64,000 nucleotides of DNA, from positions 1,504,001-1,568,000 of the forward strand of contig CAVTNB010000001.1 of NCBI GenBank assembly GCA_963736005.1, in the 5' to 3' direction. Source of the stretch: an uncultured Pseudomonadota bacterium (GTDB lineage Bacteria > Vulcanimicrobiota > Vulcanimicrobiia > Eremiobacterales > Eremiobacteraceae). A program made the translations under genes and the position numbers. Each line of letters starts with the position of its first letter. Position 1 is the stretch's first letter. Under the pieces are notes generated by a model that was not told the origin of the DNA, searched no databases, and was given only the letters and a program-made list of their open reading frames with translations. Shown here piece after piece: positions 29,213 to 37,738 of the stretch.

Positions 29213-30211
29213 TTAGAACTTAATCGTTTTCTTGATCGCGCGGATGACGCGTTGTGCGTTGGGCATGTATGCTTTCTCGAGCGCGTATGGGAACGCGGTA
29301 TCCCAACCCGCTACCCGGACGATCGGGCCCTCCAGGTACTCGATCGCATTTTCAGCTATGAATGCGGCGATCTCGCCGCTATAACCACCGATGCGCGGAG
29401 CCTCTTGCAGGAGCACGACATGGCCGGTCTTGCTGACGGTTTGCAGAATCGCTTCCGTATCGTATGGCTGCAGCGTCCGCAGATCGAGGATCTCAACATC
29501 CACGCCCTCTTTGCTCATGGCCTCAGCTGCTTCGAGAGCAACTGGAACCATGGCGCCGTACGTGATAACGGAAACGTGTTTGCCTTCGCGCGTGAGCGCT
29601 GCCTTCCCGAGCGGTACTTCGTACGGGCCGGCCGGAACGTCGTTCTTCACCGAACGGTAGATCTTCTTTGGTTCCATGAAGACGACGGGGTCTGGGTCGC
29701 GAATCGACGCGATAAGCAAGCCCTTCGCATCGTAGGGGTTGCTCGGTACGACAACCTTGAGACCGGGAGTCGCGACGAAATACGACTCGGGTGACTGGGA
29801 GTGGTAGCTGCCACCTCGCACGCCGCCGCCATACGGCGATCGGATGACCATCGGAACGCTGAACTGACTCGCCGAGCGATACCGAATCTTGGCAGCTTCA
29901 GTCACGAGCAAGTCAAAGCCCGGAAAGATAAAGTCGATGAACTGGATTTCAGCGACTGGCTTGAGTCCGTAGAGCGCCATGCCGACTGCCGCACCAATAA
30001 TGCCGGCTTCTGCCAGTGGCGTGTCGATGACGCGATCGGATCCGAACTTGTCGACCAGTCCTTCGGTGATCAGAAAGACTCCGCCGCGAACGCCGATGTC
30101 CTCCCCCAAGATAACCACATCTTGGTCGCGCTCCATTTCCTCCTTCAGCGCGGACTGAAGGGCTTGCACCATGGTGGACTGGGTTTTCTTGGCTGCTTGC
30201 ACTGTTGCCAT
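29213..30211 (-). CDS. 2-oxoacid dehydrogenase E1 beta (branched-chain/pyruvate)
   Basis: ILGEDIG, DTPLAEAG, AEIQF, YHSQSPE. Confidence 0.95.
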   Translation of the reverse strand: MATVQAAKKTQSTMVQALQSALKEEMERDQDVVILGEDIGVRGGVFLITEGLVDKFGSDRVIDTPLAEAGIIGAAVGMALYGLKPVAEIQFIDFIFPGFDLLVTEAAKIRYRSASQFSVPMVIRSPYGGGVRGGSYHSQSPESYFVATPGLKVVVPSNPYDAKGLLIASIRDPDPVVFMEPKKIYRSVKNDVPAGPYEVPLGKAALTREGKHVSVITYGAMVPVALEAAEAMSKEGVDVEILDLRTLQPYDTEAILQTVSKTGHVVLLQEAPRIGGYSGEIAAFIAENAIEYLEGPIVRVAGWDTAFPYALEKAYMPNAQRVIRAIKKTIKF

Positions 30212-30225
30212 CAATTCCTCCGGCC

Positions 30226-31323
30226 TTAAACGCCGAGCTCGGCGGCAAGCTCTTTGCGCTCCCACTCGAGATGGGGCGTGAGCTTTTCGTATTCGTAGTC
30301 AAACACGGAGAGCGGCTCGGGCACCGGACTCTTTTCCGCTTCCTCCATGGCCGCGGCAAGCTGCGCTTTGACTTCAGTCTGCACTTTTTGTTCTTGCTCT
30401 TCGGACCACAGCCCGCGGGATTCCAAGAACTTGCGCATGCGCGTGACGGGATCGCGCTGCGTGCGCCACATTTCGAGTTCACCCTTCGGCCGATAGCGGG
30501 TATCGTCATCGGCTGAGGAGTGAGGACCGTAGCGATACGTGTACGCTTCAATGAGGCTCGGACCGTTGCCGGAGCGCGCCTTATCCGCGCAATGTTTGGT
30601 CACGCTATAGACCGCGAGAATGTCGTTGCCGTCCACCAAGAAGCCGTCCATGCCATACGCACGCGCCTTTTCAGCGATCGTCTTGGTATGCATTTGCTGA
30701 TCGGTGCGCATCGAGATGGCGTATTGGTTGTTCTGCACAAACATTAGCGCTGGCGCTTGATAGACCGCCGCAAAATTCATGCCAACGTGAAAGTCGCCTT
30801 CGCTTGTCGCACCGTCGCCCATGTAGCAGATGGTGACCTCCTTACGCTTCTTGATGCGCTGCGCCATGGCGGTACCGACAGCTTCGGTGATTTTGTTGCC
30901 AACGGTTGAAGCGGGTGGCACGATATGCAGATCGCGGCGCCCCGGACCATGCGGCATGAGGCGCCCCTGCGTTGGGTCTGCCATGCGTCCGAGCACGTGC
31001 CCGAACCACTCCGTCGCCGTAAGTCCTTTGACGAGCATGCTCCCTTGCGAACGGTGATCCGGATACATCCAATCGTCTTTGAGCAGCGGCAAAGCGCTGC
31101 CGACCTGCGCTGCCTCTTGGCCCGCGACTTGCGCGTAGAACCCTGCGCGGCCTTGACGCACGAGAATGTAGCCGCGATCGTCCACGCCGCGGACAAACAC
31201 GAGCCAACGATACATCTTGAGAAAATCATCTTTTGAGAGGCCGAGCTTGTCGACGTTCTCAACTGGCGATCCGTCTGGCGCGAGCACGCGGATGGGCTCG
31301 GCGGTGAACGGCTTGATGTCCAT
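30226..31323 (-). CDS. 2-oxoacid dehydrogenase E1 alpha
   Basis: TPP motif GDGATSEGDF...NNQYAIS; YRYGPHSSADD. Confidence 0.95.
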   Translation of the reverse strand: MDIKPFTAEPIRVLAPDGSPVENVDKLGLSKDDFLKMYRWLVFVRGVDDRGYILVRQGRAGFYAQVAGQEAAQVGSALPLLKDDWMYPDHRSQGSMLVKGLTATEWFGHVLGRMADPTQGRLMPHGPGRRDLHIVPPASTVGNKITEAVGTAMAQRIKKRKEVTICYMGDGATSEGDFHVGMNFAAVYQAPALMFVQNNQYAISMRTDQQMHTKTIAEKARAYGMDGFLVDGNDILAVYSVTKHCADKARSGNGPSLIEAYTYRYGPHSSADDDTRYRPKGELEMWRTQRDPVTRMRKFLESRGLWSEEQEQKVQTEVKAQLAAAMEEAEKSPVPEPLSVFDYEYEKLTPHLEWERKELAAELGV

Positions 31324-31489
31324 GCATGCCTCCGAGAAACGCTGAATAGTCAAGTTATCGGTTCTTACGATTTTCGAGCATTACCTTTGGTTGGGATACT
31401 GTCTGTCTGCTGGATGGATTCTTTCACTCGGTGGGAGAATCGAGTCCGCACGGGGGTATTGCAGGATTAAACTCGGTCCTTTCTCGTTT

Positions 31490-32116
31490 ATGAAGCTCTC
31501 CGTCGGTCTGTACCGGCCGGCGCCGGTTGCACCGCTCTCGGCAAATGCGCAAGCAGAACTGCTGCGGGAGCTGCACGCAGAGTATCCGTCGCTACAGCAA
31601 ATTCCCGGTGGCGTGCTCTTTTCCGACCCGCCGCGCGGCCGAATGCTGCTCATCGACCAAACCAAAGTCGAGTCCGTCGAAAACAATCCGAATTCTCCCT
31701 TCGAATCGATCGATCGCATGCGCGGAATCTTCGCAAAATCGATTCCCGTCGTCCAGTACCCGCCGCCCTTTCATCTTCGCGTTGACGGCGCCGGCACGAT
31801 CCAAGCGCTGGAAGGATTAAACCCGACGCAAGTGTTGCTGCAACGCGCTCATCCGCGAGAGGAATGGAACTCGATTGCTGGCGGATGTACGTTTGCAGGA
31901 CTCCGCTTTATTTTCAGGACACCGGACGGCGGACAGCGCGACGTACATATCGAGCCGCTCTTTGCGCAGCCGGATAAGTTTTACGTTATGATCATTAGCG
32001 CCGCCGGAAGCGGCTCCCCGACGCTTGAGGCAGCGATGGACCGAGCGCGCGACGAGACTGAAGTGATCGAGCACCTCAGCGATCGCATCGTCGCCGATCT
32101 CACGGGGAACGCGTAA
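31490..32116 (+). CDS. Hypothetical protein
   Basis: 208-aa ORF with host-like codon usage, divergent from E1 alpha; no motif recognised. Confidence 0.7.
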   Translation: MKLSVGLYRPAPVAPLSANAQAELLRELHAEYPSLQQIPGGVLFSDPPRGRMLLIDQTKVESVENNPNSPFESIDRMRGIFAKSIPVVQYPPPFHLRVDGAGTIQALEGLNPTQVLLQRAHPREEWNSIAGGCTFAGLRFIFRTPDGGQRDVHIEPLFAQPDKFYVMIISAAGSGSPTLEAAMDRARDETEVIEHLSDRIVADLTGNA

Positions 32117-32125
32117 GACGCGTGC

Positions 32126-32150
32126 GTCGCGAATAAATTCGCGACACTAC
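32126..32150 (-). repeat. REP-like palindrome variant A'
   Basis: GTAG-T-GTCGCGAAT-TT-ATTCGCGAC. Confidence 0.9.
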
Positions 32151-32184
32151 ATTATAGGAGAGGCTGCATGATTCTTGAAGCGTC

Positions 32185-32814
32185 ATGATGGCGATGATTG
32201 TATCGTGTCATCGGCGACGACGTTCGTTTCGCACAACGTTTTATGCACGTGCGCTTGTTCTTCTGTGGATTGTGCTGGTTCCGACCGCTAGCCCGGTAGT
32301 CGCCGACCAGCAAAGCCCACCACCAGTTTCACCCAACCCCGTTACCATCAACATGACGCATCGTGCTTTCCATCCGAATGCCGTGCACGTGCTCGCGGGA
32401 TCCAAGGTCATCTGGGAAAATGACGATACGCAAGATCTTATCATGTTGCCGCGCAGCGATGCCGGCTCTGTCATCGTTCGGGTCGTTGTCGACGCGCAAG
32501 GTCAGGTGCAGGATGCGCGTCTCGCGCAGTCTTCAGGCAGTCACGCCATCGACGACGCTGTGCTAAAGTCCGCAAAGGAGAAGACCTTTCCGCCGGCAGA
32601 TCCTGGAAAGCCAGGCATCCGCGCCTACTTGATCGCGTTTAGCTACGGTTCGCCCGACGCCGCCGCATCTGCATCGCCGCCGCCTTTCGGTGAGGTGACC
32701 ATCAAGCCGGGCGGAACGTTTTCCTATACGTTTACGGCACCCGGCGAGTATTATTTCTATTCGGCATCCGATGCGGATGTTGGTGTCACAGTTTTCGTGA
32801 CTGCAGGAGAGTAG
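32185..32814 (+). CDS. Exported protein: cupredoxin-like fold interrupted by a TonB C-terminal domain
   Basis: AFHPNAVHVLAGSKVIWEN / TonB_C GSVIVRVVVDAQGQV...SSGSHAIDDAVL...FPPA / IKPGGTFSYTFTAPGEYYFY; start codon uncertain. Confidence 0.7.
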   Translation: MMAMIVSCHRRRRSFRTTFYARALVLLWIVLVPTASPVVADQQSPPPVSPNPVTINMTHRAFHPNAVHVLAGSKVIWENDDTQDLIMLPRSDAGSVIVRVVVDAQGQVQDARLAQSSGSHAIDDAVLKSAKEKTFPPADPGKPGIRAYLIAFSYGSPDAAASASPPPFGEVTIKPGGTFSYTFTAPGEYYFYSASDADVGVTVFVTAGE

Positions 32815-33383
32815 CCCCCGGATCTTTGGTTGGTAAGCTTTTTCCAGACCTCATCCGGCATGAGCCGCGGCACACGGCGTGGATAGTTGCCCTCAGGGTG
32901 CTCAGCAGCCCAAGCTTTCGATCGCGCTGCTAAGAATTCGAAATTTTCGTACATGGCGCTCTGCCCACTCGCAGCTCTGCGGATTGCAACTACCTCTTGT
33001 AGTTGGTCCCACATCGAATCGATATACCAGCCGCCGAGATCGAGGTATTGTTGCTCCGCGATCATGCCATACTTGATATACGACCCCATTTGCTCACACC
33101 AGTCAGCTACTCGAAGTTCCGGATGCTCCCTGCGATCGGGGTTGTGATGCCACAAACCCTCTCGATAGTCGGGATCGTGTAGCTTCGCTTTGAGTTGGCT
33201 CTCAACGAACCCGCTTGCCGATTGGACAGCATCGCTCTCCCAGCGCGCGATGTAGTGGAGTAGTCCAGTGAGCTGGTTGGCGGAGCGGATGTGACGCAGT
33301 TGGACGAGCGCCGCGATCGCCGTGATCCCGATGACCAGAAATGTCGCGACCGATGAGATCGCGCCGATTGTCTCAGCCGTCAT
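32757..33383 (-). CDS. Single-TM hypothetical protein (DUF4760-like), paralog of 10814-11374
   Basis: AIAALVQLRHIRSANQLTGLL, ENFEFLAARS, GNYPRRVPR; 58-bp convergent overlap with the upstream ORF. Confidence 0.8.
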   Translation of the reverse strand: MTAETIGAISSVATFLVIGITAIAALVQLRHIRSANQLTGLLHYIARWESDAVQSASGFVESQLKAKLHDPDYREGLWHHNPDRREHPELRVADWCEQMGSYIKYGMIAEQQYLDLGGWYIDSMWDQLQEVVAIRRAASGQSAMYENFEFLAARSKAWAAEHPEGNYPRRVPRLMPDEVWKKLTNQRSGGYSPAVTKTVTPTSASDAE

Positions 33384-33394
33384 TTCGTCACCGG

Positions 33395-34879
33395 CTACAC
33401 GCCGAAGAGGTTGATCGATTTCGTGCCCGTGTACATCACGACGCCTTTCGTCTCCGTGTAGAGGTCGAGCGTCTGCATCGCCAGTTCGCGACCAAAACCC
33501 GATTGCTTGTAGCCGCCGAAGGGCACGCCAGGGAAGATAGAGATCGGCGTGTTGATGCCGACGCCGCCGGAACGAAGGGAAGCGGCAACCCGCTGCGCTC
33601 GCGACCCATCTTTGGTCCACACTGACGCCGCCAGCCCATAGATCGAATCGTTGGCGATGGCCACAGCCTCTTTTTCATCCTTGAACGTCGTGACGACGGC
33701 GACCGGTCCAAAGATTTCTTCTTGCGCGACGCGCATTGAGTTGTTGACTCGGTCGAGCACGGCCGGCGTGAGGAAGTTGCCCTTTGCGAGCGGGCCGTCG
33801 GGCCGAGTGCCCCCGCAGGAGAGTTGCGCGCCTTCTTGCTGGCCGATCCCGATGTAACCTTCGATCTTCTCGAGCTGGCGTTTGGAGATGATTGCGCCGA
33901 CATGCTGCGCTGGATCTAGTGGATCTCCGACTTTCAGCGCCTTGGTTTTGTTCACAAACTTCGAGACGAATTCGTCGCGCACCGATTCGTGGACAAGGAT
34001 GCGGGAGCGTGCGTCGCACGACTGCCCTGCGTTGTAGAAGATCGCATGCACCGCACCCGCCGCGGCTGCTTCGAGGTCCGCGTCTTCGAAGACGATGTTC
34101 GGCGATTTTCCGCCCAGCTCCAACGTGACGCGCTTGATGGTGGATGCTGCAATTTCCATAATCGTGCGGCCAGTCGCGGTTTCGCCAGTGAAGGCGATTT
34201 TGTCAATGCCCGGATGACCGGCGAGATGTGCGCCGATGACCGCACCTGGTCCAGGCAGCACGTTGAGAACGCCAGCCGGGCATCCCGCTTCCACTGCGAT
34301 CTGCCCGAGGGCAAGCGCCGTAAGCGGCGTCGGCGAAGCCGGCTTGAGGATGACCGTGCATCCAGCCGCAAGCGCCGGCGCCACCTTCCAGGCTGCCATC
34401 AGCAGCGGGTAGTTCCAAGGAATAATTTGCGCGCAAACACCTACCGGCTCTTTGAGGGTGTAGTTAAAAAAATTCGGCGGCGCCGGAATCGTGTTGCCCA
34501 TGATTTTTGTGACTGCGCCGGCGTAGAATTCGAAGTCCTCGACGACTTGGTTGATTTCGGCTTTCGACCCGGATATCGTTTTGCCGCTGTTGCGCGTCTC
34601 GAGTTCGGCCAGCGAATCGATCCGCTCGGCGATGAGCGAGGCCATCTTCTGCAATATGCGCGCGCGGCGTGCCGGGGTGAGCGTCGCCCACTTACCCTGC
34701 AGCGCTTGGCGCGCAGCGTTAACGGCGAGGTCTGCGTCGTGAATGCCCGCTGCGGCAACGGATGCAATGACCTCGTTCGTTGCTGGGTTGAGCACGTCCA
34801 TATATTCGCCGGATGCCGGCTTGGTTGGCTCGCCGTTGATGAAGAGCTCGTAGGTCTGTTTTACGGTTGTGGTGGTCAT
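33395..34879 (-). CDS. Aldehyde dehydrogenase
   Basis: IIPWNYP, LELGGKSP, AGQSC, EEIFGPV. Confidence 0.96.
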   Translation of the reverse strand: MTTTTVKQTYELFINGEPTKPASGEYMDVLNPATNEVIASVAAAGIHDADLAVNAARQALQGKWATLTPARRARILQKMASLIAERIDSLAELETRNSGKTISGSKAEINQVVEDFEFYAGAVTKIMGNTIPAPPNFFNYTLKEPVGVCAQIIPWNYPLLMAAWKVAPALAAGCTVILKPASPTPLTALALGQIAVEAGCPAGVLNVLPGPGAVIGAHLAGHPGIDKIAFTGETATGRTIMEIAASTIKRVTLELGGKSPNIVFEDADLEAAAAGAVHAIFYNAGQSCDARSRILVHESVRDEFVSKFVNKTKALKVGDPLDPAQHVGAIISKRQLEKIEGYIGIGQQEGAQLSCGGTRPDGPLAKGNFLTPAVLDRVNNSMRVAQEEIFGPVAVVTTFKDEKEAVAIANDSIYGLAASVWTKDGSRAQRVAASLRSGGVGINTPISIFPGVPFGGYKQSGFGRELAMQTLDLYTETKGVVMYTGTKSINLFGV

Positions 34880-34889
34880 GAGGCTCCTC

Positions 34890-34959
34890 TGATAACGCGC
34901 GAATTGAATTCGCGCGACTACATTTGATAACGCGCGAATGAATTCGCGCGACTACATTT
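34890..34959 (-). repeat. Tandem pair of REP variant A (about 35-bp period)
   Basis: TGATAACGCGCGAAT(T)GAATTCGCGCGACTACATTT twice. Confidence 0.92.
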
Positions 34960-36163
34960 ACAAACGTTCGACGATGGTGGAGATTCCTTGGCCCACGCCG
35001 ATGCACATGGTCGCCAGCCCGCGCTTCGCTCCCCGCGACTCCATGGCGTGCAGCAGCGTCACCATGATCCGCGCGCCGCTGCACCCCAAAGGGTGACCAA
35101 GCGCAATCGCGCCGCCGTTAATGTTCGTGCGCTCCATGGAAATCTCGAGCTCTCGGATGCAGGCCAGCGATTGTGCGGCGAAAGCCTCGTTGAGTTCGAT
35201 GACGTCGATGTCATCGATGCTCAGGTTGGCACGATCGAGTGCCTTCAGCGTCGCTGGGATTGGGCCGAGTCCCATAAAGTTGGGATCGACGCCGGCAACC
35301 GCAGACGTGAGGATGCGCGCCATAATTCTCAGGCCTCGGCGTTTGGCTTCCTCAGCTGACATCATCACGATTCCGGCCGCTCCATCGTTGATGCCGCTGG
35401 AATTGCCTGCGGTCACCGTACCGCCTTCGCGGAAGGCGGGTTTGAGTTTTGCAAGTTGCTCCATGGTGACGTCGGGCCGTGGAGGCTCGTCTTTGATGAA
35501 GACCTGCGATGCAGTCGCCTTGCCATTGCCCGGCACGGTCACGCCGATGAGCTCGCGATCGAAAGCGCCGGATTGTTGCGCGGACCCTGTCTTGTGCTGA
35601 CTGGCGTAGGCAAATTCGTCTTGTTCTTTGCGCGTGATGCGGTAGCGTTCGGCCACGTTTTCTGCGGTTTCGCCCATACTCAGTGGCGGATAGCCTCGCG
35701 CCGTGAGTTTGGGATTGTACATTCGCGCGCCGAGCGTCGTATCGAAAATCTGAGGCGCGCGGGCGAATTCTGTTTCCGGCTTGGGGATCACGTAGGGAGA
35801 CCGTGTCATGCTTTCAACGCCACCCGCAATGAAGATGTCACCGCAGTCGCTGGCGATGGCGTGGGATGCGCTATTGATTGCTTGCAATCCTGAACCGCAC
35901 AAACGATTGAGCGTCGCGCCGGCAACTGATTCTGGAAAATCTGCAGCAAGCAACGCCATGCGAGCCACATTGCGGTTGTCCTCACCCGCTTGATTGGTGC
36001 ATCCCCACATGACGTCTTCGACATCGGCGGGGTCGAGCTTCGCGCGCTCGACCAAAGCTTTGAGGACGACTGCCGACAGGTCGTCCGGCCGCACGGAGCG
36101 CAAGGCACCAGCATACTTGCCGATGGGCGTTCGCGCCGCGGCGACGATGACTACTTCTCTCAT
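34958..36163 (-). CDS. Acetyl-CoA C-acyltransferase (thiolase, PcaF/PaaJ-like)
   Basis: NQAGEDNRNVAR, LNRLCGSG, GHPLG, CIGVGQG. Confidence 0.95.
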   Translation of the reverse strand: MREVVIVAAARTPIGKYAGALRSVRPDDLSAVVLKALVERAKLDPADVEDVMWGCTNQAGEDNRNVARMALLAADFPESVAGATLNRLCGSGLQAINSASHAIASDCGDIFIAGGVESMTRSPYVIPKPETEFARAPQIFDTTLGARMYNPKLTARGYPPLSMGETAENVAERYRITRKEQDEFAYASQHKTGSAQQSGAFDRELIGVTVPGNGKATASQVFIKDEPPRPDVTMEQLAKLKPAFREGGTVTAGNSSGINDGAAGIVMMSAEEAKRRGLRIMARILTSAVAGVDPNFMGLGPIPATLKALDRANLSIDDIDVIELNEAFAAQSLACIRELEISMERTNINGGAIALGHPLGCSGARIMVTLLHAMESRGAKRGLATMCIGVGQGISTIVERL

Positions 36164-36180
36164 GATGTGAGGACAATTTC

Positions 36181-36702
36181 GTGGTTACAGTTCTGAGCAC
36201 CCGCCGCGTCTACGAAGGCCACGTTCTCAATCTGCGCGTCGATGACGTGCGCTACGACAATGGTCACCGCTCGCAGGTCGAAGTTGTAGAACATCGAGGT
36301 GGAGTCGCAATCATTGCGCAGCCTTCGGTGGACACGATTGTCCTGGTTCGCCAATACCGGCCGGCAATCAGCCGCGAAATGTGGGAGGTTCCCGCGGGAA
36401 AAATCGAAGCCGGTGAGGATCCTATGGACTGCGCCACGCGAGAGTTAATCGAGGAAACTGGCTATCGCGCGTCGCGACTGCGCAAACTGTGGACCTTTTT
36501 TACCGCACCGGGCTTTTGCACCGAGCTGATGCATTTGTTTGTCGCCGAGGGACTCACCCCGGGCGCCCAGAGCTTGCAGGAAGACGAGTCGATCGAAGTA
36601 CGAACTTTTGAGGTCGCCGAGGCGTGGCGGCTAGTTGCGGCAGACGAGCTGCCGGATGCAAAGACGCAAATTGCGTTAGCGTGGGCAAGAATGCGCGAAT
36701 GA
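36181..36702 (+). CDS. NUDIX hydrolase (ADP-ribose pyrophosphatase-like)
   Basis: Nudix box GKIEAGEDPMDCATRELIEETG; RQYR; DAKT. Confidence 0.93.
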   Translation: MVTVLSTRRVYEGHVLNLRVDDVRYDNGHRSQVEVVEHRGGVAIIAQPSVDTIVLVRQYRPAISREMWEVPAGKIEAGEDPMDCATRELIEETGYRASRLRKLWTFFTAPGFCTELMHLFVAEGLTPGAQSLQEDESIEVRTFEVAEAWRLVAADELPDAKTQIALAWARMRE

Positions 36703-36716
36703 ATTCGCGCGACTGC
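36693..36716 (-). repeat. REP variant A (GCAG foot) containing the NUDIX stop codon
   Basis: GCGCGAATGAATTCGCGCGACTGC. Confidence 0.85.
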
Positions 36717-36718
36717 CT

Positions 36719-37249
36719 TTAGCGGTTGGCGCGGACTCGCTTATCGCACGTCTCACAAAAATATGTGAGCTTGGCGTCCGTATCGTAGATCGAATGACTG
36801 TAATACATCGCGCAGCGAGAATTATAGCAGTGTTTCAATCCAAAGGCGTGGCCGAGCGCATGGACGCATTCTTTGAGCGTTCGATTGAAGAGCGTGCCGT
36901 CGTTGGCGGCTTCGCCATAGAACTCTGGTTTGAGCCGGAACGTCGATACCACGGCCACTCGATCGGTCTCGCTCGCATCGCTGAAGATAAAATTGTGGGA
37001 GGTCTTGTAGAGGTCGCTGCCCATCATGCCAAGCAACAGACCATCACGCGCAGGATATGCTGCAAGCAGCCGGTTGAAGACGGTATTGAGAAAGAACTGC
37101 CGGCGGATGGAGTTTGCTTGGGTGGGTGAGAGGGTGAGCGGCTTTTCGACTGCGAATTTATGGAAGAATCGCTCTTCCAAGCAAGGAGCAAGTCGTTCGC
37201 AAAGATCTGGTCCGACGCCGTTGATGGGGACGAGAGTTATTTTTTCCAT
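36719..37249 (-). CDS. Archaemetzincin-like Zn protein (M54) lacking the catalytic Glu
   Basis: KECVHALGHAFGLKHC...CAM...FCETC. Confidence 0.85.
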   Translation of the reverse strand: MEKITLVPINGVGPDLCERLAPCLEERFFHKFAVEKPLTLSPTQANSIRRQFFLNTVFNRLLAAYPARDGLLLGMMGSDLYKTSHNFIFSDASETDRVAVVSTFRLKPEFYGEAANDGTLFNRTLKECVHALGHAFGLKHCYNSRCAMYYSHSIYDTDAKLTYFCETCDKRVRANR

Positions 37250-37324
37250 GCTCCGATACATCACCCTTCAACTTGCTCGATGCAAGTCCTCCGATGGTGA
37301 CGCACGTCCGAGAGGAGATGAACG

Positions 37325-37738
37325 ATGATCATTGGTCTCGGCACTGACGTCGCAGAAGTGGATCGCTTTCGATTCACGCCGTCGCAGTTCGAAAAGTTTT
37401 CCACCAAAGTTTTTACGCCTGAAGAAGTGACACACGCACGCAAGCACCGCTATCCTCACGAGCGGCTGGCGGGGGCATTCGCCGCGAAAGAAGCGACCAG
37501 GAAGGCCTTTGGTCACGCCATTCCGTGGCGCCTCATCGGGGTGCGTCACGAGCGCAGCGGTAAGCCATACGTGGAATTGAGCGGACGGGCGGCTGGCTTA
37601 ATTGCGGCGCGTGGCGTGCGGCGGATGCACGTCACCATTTCCCACAGCCGGCAAAATGCCGTTGCGACGGTCATCTTAGAAGCGGACGATGCGGCAGCTG
37701 GTTTGTCCGTGGACTTTGAGGAAGCTGCAGCTCGATGA
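37325..37738 (+). CDS. acpS: Holo-ACP synthase
   Basis: GLGTDV, FAAKEA, SGKP, TISHS. Confidence 0.93.
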   Translation: MIIGLGTDVAEVDRFRFTPSQFEKFSTKVFTPEEVTHARKHRYPHERLAGAFAAKEATRKAFGHAIPWRLIGVRHERSGKPYVELSGRAAGLIAARGVRRMHVTISHSRQNAVATVILEADDAAAGLSVDFEEAAAR

